NCBI GenBank assembly: GCA_951406725.2
Contig: OX597826.1
Coordinates: 44,950,001 to 45,014,000, forward strand
Source: Octopus vulgaris
Taxonomy: Eukaryota
Length of the DNA stretch: 64,000 nucleotides
Reading direction: 5' to 3'
The notes below the pieces were generated by a model. The model did no database searches and was not told the DNA's origin. It saw only the letters and a list, made by a program, of their open reading frames with translations. Positions 55,148-64,000 of this stretch are shown one piece after another. The translations under genes were made by a program, and so were the position numbers. Every line of letters begins with the position of its first letter. Position 1 is the stretch's first letter.

Positions 55148-56617
55148 ATCAATCAGAATTCCATAACCGATATAATAACTAAAGTTATCGACTCCGGAAT
55201 GTTGAAAGGCAAATTTTAGCTGGATGAGATTTGAACTTGAAAAGTAGATTTGAACTTGAAATTAAAAGGATTTCAAGATATCTTGACTGATGCTCTAATG
55301 ACTCTGCCAGATCGTGGCCTACTGTGGGCTTCTTGTGAGATGTAGTAAAGAATATGTGCCATCTGTGCAAATGCGACCGCTAAGGCGTGGTTTTAAATTG
55401 ATAAAGCTGTGTCCTTTTACTTACGCACAACTGGTCTATTCATCACTGTTGAGTTTATCGCTTATCACTTTGGTTAAACGACATACAATAAGTAGACACA
55501 CATTTAATAAATCTTGGTGTAAAATAGTTTAGGAAATCTTTGTGAGAGGAAGCGAAGTAACGCCTTTGCTTTATTGTAAATAATATCCGAAAACAATCAC
55601 GTTGTTTCTTAAACGTTCTTTCTTCTTATTTTAGGTTGTTACGCAATTGCTACCCACACTGATATATTTGAAGTCATATTTCATGTAAAACATTCTTCGT
55701 AAAACATTCCGTTCTTGTAACGGTTTGCAAGTTAAACAATAGGATTAATGTTATGGCCTGTTTCTGTAATTATGTGAGCACGAGAGATCGCGGGTCACAG
55801 AGTTATAGATAATGTTGTACTTGTATTAGTTATTTTCTGTTAGTTATGTGTGGTTATGTGAAAATGAGAAAGAAAGAGAGATAGTGAGAGGGATGAGTGA
55901 TTTAATACGAATGTCGATGGTTAGAGTGTAGCTTTTATTAATAGTAGGAGTGATGTCACTTCATGTTGCAGACTTTATATTTGGCGTTTCTGGCCGTCCA
56001 CAGCAACTGATTGTAGGAAACAAGACTGCGCTCTGTTCTTTCTTATTTGTCAGTAAATATTCTTTTTCCGTATTTAGCTGTCCTTGGCTCTCTCTCTCTC
56101 TCTCTTCCTCCTTTTCTCTCTCTTCCCCCTCCTCTCTCTCTCTCTATACCTATCTATCTTTTTTAGAACCTGTGTTTAGTTAGCTTAATCAAAGCTTGAC
56201 TGACTGGCAATCAACAACGTTTGATTATTCTCTAATTTCGCTCATGTTGGTAAATGAATTTGGTATGTACTTTTTGAGCGCCACTGGGTAGGTTTTTCAT
56301 GATGTCATAATTAAGTTTGAAAGATTTGACTTCTTTTAAGAAGAGATAATTTTTTTTTCAAAAGAGATAATTTTATTCATTTTTCCCCTCTATCCTGAGA
56401 TAGAGGAAGTAACCTGCCTGTTAAACAACTACCTGTTTTTTTTTTTTTGCTTTTGAAGATCAGAAGTATATCTGGGTTGTTAAGAAGCACACTTTGAAGC
56501 CATGGGGTTTCGGTTTAGGTTCCACTGCACTTACTATTCACTCGTTTTGATCAATACCATAAGAATAAACATGGCACACTTGGTAGAAACGGTGTGAAAG
56601 CCCGTCATATATATATA

Positions 56618-56980
56618 TCTATATAAACGGCAGTTTGTCTGTGTGTCTGTTAGGTTGTATCCTCACCCTGACCACGGCTTTCAACCGATTCTGATGAAAC
56701 TTGACACACACATAGCCCAATGTCATAATTCAAAACTAACGCAGCGAAAAGTTTGAAAAGTTTCCCCAGTTCTGAAAAAGATCGATAAATTCGACATGGG
56801 GTCGAGAACCAGAAACACAAACCACGGACTGTCTAGGGGATGCAACTCGACCTTTTTAACTCTCAAAAAAAATTTACCATCATTTTTTCCCCCACTTTTT
56901 TGCTATTTTTTGGCTATAACTCTCTAAAAATGATTTATAGTTATTTCCTTTACAAACCCGAGCAACGCCGGGCAATACTA
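56618..56980 (+). mobile_element. Non-autonomous Helitron
   Basis: 5' TC start, AACCGATTCTGATGAAACTTGACACAC subterminal motif, 3' GC hairpin CCCGAGCAACGCCGGG shortly before CTA. Inserted in a TA tract. Confidence 0.7.
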
Positions 56981-57397
56981 TATATATATATATATATATA
57001 TAATACAAATAGGTTTCAAAGAAGAAAGACTACAAGTGGTATAAATAGAGGAAAAGTAAAAGGAAAACAATGAAAATGCATATTAGATATAAAAAAGTAA
57101 GGGCTTTTTAAAGATGATTCGAGGTGGAATTATGAAGTATAAAAATCATTATTATGAATCATTATGAAGATTCAAAGTCATACCGGTATCGTCAGAAGCT
57201 GATCACTGACTTTGAAGGAACACCGATTTCCAAACGGTGTCGGGTCTAATAGTACCTAAGTGAAAAGATTATATGCAAGGGAGGTAAGCAGTTCTGGAAG
57301 TGATGCAATTAAGATAGATATAAATACTCGAATATGAATGGTATATGGGATGTATGGAGATTAGTGGGATTATTGGTAAGACTTCCCTCTGTCTCCT

Positions 57398-57432
57398 GTT
57401 TCTGAAGAAGAGCTTTGCTCGAAACGTAAAAC
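57398..57432 (+). ncRNA. Minimal type I hammerhead ribozyme with intact core, in a PLE tail (57380-57530)
   Basis: GTTT-CTGAAGA-A-GAGC-TTT-GCTC-GAAAC-GTA-AAAC. Confidence 0.8.
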
Positions 57433-57526
57433 TATATATCTTTCCTTCCCTGAGCATCTGCTAATACTTCACATGTACCACGTCCTCGCGTTGCTTTTTT
57501 TGTGTTTGTTCTTCGTTTTGGGGATT

Positions 57527-57569
<43 letters not shown>

Positions 57570-57579
57570 CATACCTGTC

Positions 57580-57915
57580 TGGTAAGAAGCTCGCTTCCCA
57601 ACCATATGGTTTAGGTTCAATCTCATTGCGTGGTACCTTGAGCAAGTGCCTTCTACTATAGTCTGGAGCGGTGCAAAGCCTTGTGAGTGAATTTGATAGA
57701 CGGAAAGTGAAAGAACCCCGTGTGTGTCTGTGTGTGTGCGTATATGTGTGTGTGTGATCACCGCTTGACAATTGTTGCTGGTTTGTTTACATCCCATAAC
57801 TTACAGTTTCGGCAAAGGTATTCGATAGAATATATACCAAACTTAAAAAATAAGTGTTGGGGTTGTTTTGTCAGACTAAACCCTTCGTGACTTCAGTCCA
57901 GTGACAGAAAAATGT
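57580..57915 (+). mobile_element. Diverged SINE-B
   Basis: Match to SINE-B head, body and tail. Confidence 0.75.
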
Positions 57916-58712
57916 TAATGGCAAAAGCGTAAATTTTTCAGAATATTTTCTTATAACCGTTTACAACAGATTGGTACGTTTTTACTTTTGTTTTTTTTTT
58001 AATTTTTCAATTCCGTAATGTTTTTAAGTTGTCCACGTTATACATGTTAAGCCCAACATGTAGACTTTTGCAACAATCGCCCTTTGGCTTCTTCAACAAT
58101 AGCACATATTGTTCATGCCGCTAATGAGGAACCTACAAATTCATTTCTGTCATATTTTCTGATATTATTGGGAAGATTTATTCCGATAATTGTTGATATA
58201 ATTTTACATATTTCGATACAAGATGAGTGAATATACAGCTAATTTAGTTGCTTCGCAATTTCCTTAATACTACAGAAACGATGTATAAACAGTTCTAGTT
58301 AGTGATTTAAGAATCTTTACACGTTTTGGAAATCCATTTCAGTAATTTATCACCGTGATGCAATTATTGGCGTCTTTACAATCTTGCTGATTTGCAAGTA
58401 ATTAAAGTCTGACCCATCCTGCTAAGGTTCTTGTTTCCAGGTTGTTTGGAAATGAAGTTTATCAGATAGAAATTGTCTTCCGATTGAATTTTAAATTCTT
58501 CATATAACATGTAAACGATGTTCCGGCAATAGCTCTAACAATAAGTCTTCGTCATATAATTCGAAAACATTCAACATATTTTGAACGAATTAAATTGAAT
58601 CTGAGTTTTACAATACCAGTAATAAATTGGTGTTAATACAATTAGTTAAGCGATATTCTTTTTTTAATGAATTACTTTGGCTTGGTGAATTATCAATATT
58701 CTTCAACAAAGT

Positions 58713-59005
58713 AGGCGCAGGAGTGGCTGTGTGGTAAGTAGCTTGCTTACCAACCACATGGTTCTGGATTCAGTCCCACTGCGTGGCACCTTGGGCGAGT
58801 GTCTTCTTCTATAGCCTCGGGCCGACCAAAGCCTTGTGAGTGGATTTGGTAGACGGAAACTGAAAGAAGCCCGTCGTATATATGTATATATATATGTGCG
58901 TGTTTTTGTGTATCTGTGTTTGTCCCCCTAGCTTTGCTTAACAACCGATGCTGGTGTGTTTACGTCCCCGTAACTTAGCGGTTCGGCAAAAGAGACCGAT
59001 AGAAC
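58713..59005 (+). mobile_element. SINE-B, 3'-truncated
   Basis: Near-consensus until GAGACCGATAGAA. Confidence 0.9.
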
Positions 59006-59213
59006 AAAAAAGCTAGTTCTAAAGTCCCTAAAAGAGATATAAGTTGTAATAATACTAGACGGTAACGTTTTTTGCCACTATAACATGTCTCTATAATGAA
59101 CTATGTTCCTACATTTTAACCCAAGGAAAACGTCTTTTCCAGCTGGTTAACGACACACAACCTGTGTCCGATATATTGTAAGGGAGCGAATCACTCCCCA
59201 CCACCTTGGCAAG

Positions 59214-59259
59214 ACCGGTAGACCATGGTTTCTGGGTCTTTACCCTTCATCGGTACAGG
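59214..59259 (-). ncRNA. Minimal hammerhead motif (CCGAUGA core variant, GUC site)
   Basis: CCTGTA-CCGATGA-A-GGGT-AAAG-ACCC-A-GAA-ACCATGGT-C-TACCGG, with a palindromic stem III. Confidence 0.7.
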
Positions 59260-59278
59260 ACACCACCCTGCTAAAGAT

Positions 59279-59788
59279 TAATTCTTTATTACAGGCACAA
59301 GGCCTAATTACAGAGGGGACATAAAAAGACATGCGGGGACATAAAACATATGAAGGATGAGTGTGAAATTAATCATTTACAGTGCAAATGAGACGGCCAT
59401 CTCGCTTCCGCTGCGAGATGAAACCGTGGATTCCTTTTCCTTAAACTTTTACACAATCTCTAGCCTCCTCCGAGGCGAAACCGCGACTTCCCTTTTCGCT
59501 TTTGCCTTACACTTATACGAATTTTAAACAAATGTTCATATGGTATTTACTTCTTATTTTTTCCTTTCTTTTTTAACTAAAGTCAATCAAATGTTTATTA
59601 CAATACTTTTTAAAAGACATTTTGGCAACCTGTTCATTCAATATTTACAAAATTTTCTTATTTTCCTTTTTTTCCCTAATATATATTTTTCCCCAAATAT
59701 ATATTTTCCTCTGTTACAGTCTTTACAAAATTATATCGACCTACCTCATCTTCCTCTCAAAATGCCTTTCATCTTTACAATCCTCCAG
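59279..59788 (-). mobile_element. Non-coding LINE-tail retrocopy with 12-bp TSD
   Basis: TSD CCTGCTAAAGAT (59267-59278 and 59789-59800). Tail TGTCCCCTCTGTAATTAGGCCTTGTGCCTGTAATAAAGAA is similar to the SINE-A tail. Confidence 0.7.
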
Positions 59789-60199
59789 CCTGCTAAAGAT
59801 GGCAGCCACTTGAACCTACTCACAATATATAAACAAAGAAGCGGCAGACAGACGCTGCTCTCGAAAGAAGCAATATAGCTAGTTCTAAAATCTCTGCTTA
59901 TTGTAGGCGTATAACAAATACATTGCGCATAAATTTGAACAAGAATCCCCAAGACCCATATGGACCCAAGTTGAGAACCACTGGACTAAACTCTTTAAGG
60001 CTCCAGCGTGACTACAATCCAATGAATAAAACAAATAAAAGAAAGACAATAACACTTCAGAAATGATTCCGATGCGATTCTGTTTATTATTAATGGTAAC
60101 GATCCTTTTAGTAGTAATTACTATACTCTGGACGCTACTGCCGTGAGCTCTAGTGTTCGTAGGATCTGTTACCATGGTTTCCATGGTGTACAAGTAAAC

Positions 60200-60380
60200 G
60201 AGATCAAGATATCTCCATCACGAAACCCGGACGCCAGATGATCAGAGGATCACTCATTTACAGCTGAGTGAACTGGAACAATGTAAAATGAAATGTTTTG
60301 CTCAACAGCGTAACGCGCCATCCAGTGTGGGAATCGAAACCACGATCTTGTGTGCATCACCCTAAGCACTAGGACATGCG
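60200..60380 (-). mobile_element. Diverged SINE-C head with a third tail
   Basis: CAGCTGAGTGAACTGGAACAATG...TTGCTCAA matches the SINE-C body. Confidence 0.65.
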
Positions 60381-60407
60381 TGCTATTTGTTATGACTTAG
60401 GGAGCTA

Positions 60408-61705
60408 AGGCGGCGAGCTGGCAGAGTCGTTAGCACGCCGAGCGAAATGCTTAGCGGTATTTCGCCTGCCATTACGTTTTGAGTTCAAATTCCGCCGAGG
60501 TCGACTTTGCCTTTCATCCTTTCGGAGTCGATAAATTAAGTACCAGTTACGCACTGGGGTCGATATAATCGACTTAATCCGTTTGTCTGTCCTTGTTTGT
60601 CCTCTCTGTGTTTAGCCCCTTGTGGGTAGTAAAGAAATAGGTATTTCGTCAGCCGCTGCGTTCTGAGTTCAAATTCCGCCGAGGTCGACTTTGCCTTTCA
60701 TCCTTTCGGGGTCGATAAATTAAGTACCAGTTACGCACTGGGGTCGATGTAATCGACTTAATCTGTTTGTCTGTCCTTGTTCGTCCTCTCTGTGCCTAGC
60801 CCCTTTTGGGTAGTAAAAAAATAGGTATTTCGCATGTTCTCATGTTTTGTGTTCGATTTTGCATTTCATCCTTTCGGAATCGATAAATTAAGTATCAGTG
60901 GAACACTAGGGTCGATGTAATTTACTAGTCCCTTCCTTTCCAAATTTTCAGGCCTTTTGCTTTTAGTAGAAAGGATTATGTCTTAGGAAGCTATTAATAT
61001 CAAAAATAAAGTTAAGGCGGCGTACTGGTAGAATCGTTAATACGGTATTCCGTCTGTCTTAACGTTCAAAGTTCATATTCCGCCGAGGTCAACTTGCCAT
61101 TCATCCTTTCGGTGTTGATAAAATAACAACCATCTGAATACTGGGGTCGAGATAATCGACTTATCTACTCACCTGAAATAGCTGGCCTTGTGCCAAAATT
61201 CGGAACCAATATTTAGAAATCAAGTTAAGGCTGCGAGCTAGGAAAATCGCCAGTACGCCAGGTGGAAGATATAGCGGTATTTCGTCTGTCTTTAGGTCCT
61301 GAGTTTGAATTCCATCGAGGTTAACTTTGCCTCTCATTCCTTCTGGGTCGATAAAATAATAAAATAAATAACAGTTGAACACTGGAGTTAATGTAATCGC
61401 CTTACCTGCTCTCCCGAAATTGCCGGTCTTGATTCAAAATTTTAAACCAGTATTTAGAAATCAAGTTATTTCTAGTTTCCTAAGGAATTAAATATTATTT
61501 TCTCATGGCTTGGATGATTAAGCCGGCAATTTGGAAGAATCGCTAACACCCGGGGCAGGATTTTTAGCGGCGTTACGTCTGTCTTTAAGTACCGAGGTCG
61601 ACTTTGATATTTTACCATTTCGGAGTCGATAAAAGAAGTACCAGCTTACAAATGAGTGAGATGAGGTCCTTCTAATTCCTCGAAATTGCTGGTTTGAAAC
61701 CAATA
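60408..61705 (+). mobile_element. Head-to-tail cluster of about six SINE-A copies
   Basis: Units start near 60408, 60641, 60825, 61015, 61228 and 61520. Confidence 0.85.
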
Positions 61706-62143
61706 TTATATTTTAATGACTTTTGCACCAGTATAAGATGTATAATCTGTTATGTTTCTCTTTTATTGGAGGTTTCCTTCAGCTATTCTTCCAATATTCA
61801 TTGCCCCATTGGAATAGTATATTTTCCAGATATATTTCTTTAATTCTATTAAATGTGTTTCTAAGGTTTGGCATTTTTAAGAATAGCTTTTTTAGGTCAC
61901 ACTGTACCGTATTCAAATGTTTCTGATATCTTGGGACAGCTGTGCTCTTACACTCATAAATACAAACACACACACACGTATATATATATATACATTTATA
62001 CATGTATAAATATACATACGTGTGTGTATGTAGGTAAACATGTATGTATTCATTTTTGTGTTTCTTTTTCTCTTGATCCAACCCTGCTTTTAAGTTGTAA
62101 GGGCAATCGCGAATACTAAACATGCTACGTGATATTATCTATG

Positions 62144-62175
<32 letters not shown>

Positions 62176-63384
62176 CACACAATTACGATGTTAGTCAGAT
62201 TAATAGGTAGGAATATATATCTGCGAGGTTGACACAAATGATGTAAACTTACTACTTTATCTTCCAATAATTCTTCTTGCTGCTAGATTATGACAGCACT
62301 CATTAATCATAAAAAAACCCACAGATACACACACACACACACACGTACACACACATAAAAACATGCGCACGCACACTCATAACAGTTCGCAATAGCAACA
62401 GAAAATGAATCCCGCTGTTTGAAAAAGTGGTCGGATCTAGCCCATATCTTATCTAATCAGTTAATAGTGTACCGTGAAAGGGCTCCAAACATTGCATCGA
62501 AATGCTTCTTTGAACTGTCGAATAGAAAGGGAAAATATTCCCGGTACGTTGAATTCTGTTCATTCTTTTGCAGAGTGTCAGAGTAGGACTTTTAGCCGAA
62601 ATCTTGATAGATATAATTGATTTAAATCTTCAACGTCACGAAAGAGAAGATACAGAAAGCAAATAAAGAAAGGAAATAAAAGAACAAAAGAACAGAAGAG
62701 GTAAAAAAGATGAATGAACGAATGAAAGAAAAATGAGTTGGTTTGTGTCGTCAGCATTCTGAAAGTTTGGAGTTTAAGGGAGTGTAAGATGTCAAAGGCG
62801 TTTCTATAGAAAATGAGATATTGGTTCGGGGAAAATAAGAGTCGTTCAAATAAAATGGTATACTAAAAGTGACCTTAACGACTTCTCTTTCTTCGACTAA
62901 GAAAGAAGAAAATGCTGGAAAGATTCAAGAGGAAACCATTTCTAAAAAGAAATAAGCAACATTTTAGTTCTGGTCAAAATCGTGACTAATACAAAACCTA
63001 ATATATTCTGTACATTCGACATGTTTGGTAAAATATATTGCCAAATACACAGAACTAGAAATATATTTGCTAACCAAACATACTCAAATTTATTGAAAAA
63101 TACTTATAAAAAATGAAAATACATATTAGTTTAAGCAAATTTGGAATCTGCTTTTATTGGAGTGTCCTTTATATATATTTTATATTACTTGTATGTATTG
63201 GTAGATTAAACGGTATTGCATATCACTGAACAGAATGTATGTGTGATGTACAAATTGTATTACATTTTAGATCAATATAAAATTGCAGGTGTCTGAGCAA
63301 CAACAGCGTCTGTCTACCAGCCGAAATATTTTTTGTATGATGTCGCTAAGCTGGCCTTTGTGTTTAAGACGTTCGTACCTATAA

Positions 63385-63765
63385 TGGAAGCACTCCGTCG
63401 GTTACGACGACGAGGGTTCCGGTTGATCCGAATCAACGGAACAGCCTGCTCGTGAAATTAACGTGTAAGTGGCTGAGCACTCCACAGACACGTGTACCCT
63501 TAACGTAGTTCTCGGGGATATTCAGCGTGACACAGAGAGTGACAAGGCCGGCCCTTTGAAATACAGGTACAACAGAATCAGGAAGTAAGAGTGAGAGAAA
63601 GTTGTGGTGAAAGAGTACAGCAGGGATCCCCACCATCCCCTGCCGGAACCTCGTGGAGCTTTTTGGTGTTTTCGCTCAATAAACACTCACAACGCCCGGT
63701 CTGGGAATCGAAACCGCGATCCTATGACCGCGAGTCCGCTACCCTAACCACTGGCCATTGCGCCC
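63385..63765 (-). mobile_element. SINE-D head plus tail type 1
   Basis: Head shared with 15405, tail shared with 42915, near-TSD CGT(A/C)CCTATAA. Confidence 0.85.
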
Positions 63766-63944
63766 GTCCCTATAAACAGGAACATTAAGGTGGCACAGCT
63801 CACATTTGGAGGTTGTATAACTAGGGCTGAACTCAAAAATTTACGATAGATACAAAGACAGATGAGCATGTCTTTGAATAATTTTACTTAGATGATGTTC
63901 CTGACAACGTTTCCATATTCGCTCCATCCATATTAGTCATACTC

Positions 63945-64000
63945 TTTACTCTTTTACTCTTCTACTTGTTTCAGTCATTTGACTGCGGCCATGCTGGAGC
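63945..64000 (-). mobile_element. SINE-B 3' tail, continuing beyond the window
   Basis: TACTTGTTTCAGTCATTTGACTGCGGCCATGCTGGAGC. Confidence 0.8.

Larger units (their letters stand above)
59024..59876 (-). mobile_element. Hammerhead-bearing element flanked by a 13-bp direct repeat, containing a nested insert
   Basis: AGCTAGTTCTAAA at 59011-59023 and 59877-59889. Confidence 0.6.

Noticed and set aside
56685-56705. CTGATGAAAC as a hammerhead
   Set aside because: There is no stem II between the boxes, and it is part of the Helitron subterminal motif.
60408-61705. Regularly recurring repeats resembling a CRISPR array
   Set aside because: Units are ~200-bp diverged SINEs in eukaryotic DNA, with no constant short repeats, no spacers and no cas genes.

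Overview
AT-rich, microsatellite-dense animal genomic DNA with no recognisable intact host gene. The SINE repertoire and repeat landscape resemble octopus/coleoid cephalopod genomes (inference, not a database result). The window is a nested stack of retroelements: an internally deleted Ty3/gypsy LTR element (4404-8527) with a TSD-flanked retrocopy in its 3' LTR, several Penelope-like element (PLE) remnants including a Naiad-like RT+GIY-YIG copy (39620-41200), and four modular tRNA-derived SINE groups. It also holds RTE, Hero-type and APE-LINE fragments, a maT/Tc1-mariner derivative, a non-autonomous Helitron and MITE ends. The most notable signal is about ten minimal hammerhead ribozyme motifs from several PLE-tail families, most of them close to (TA)n tracts. 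One family consistently has a non-canonical CUGUNGA core plus a downstream anti-stem-II sequence. A candidate 24-nt in-frame microexon with a downstream TGCATG (51055-51078) suggests the window may be a large intron. Most ORFs in the supplied track are microsatellite or antisense artefacts. All coordinates were read by eye and boundaries are approximate.
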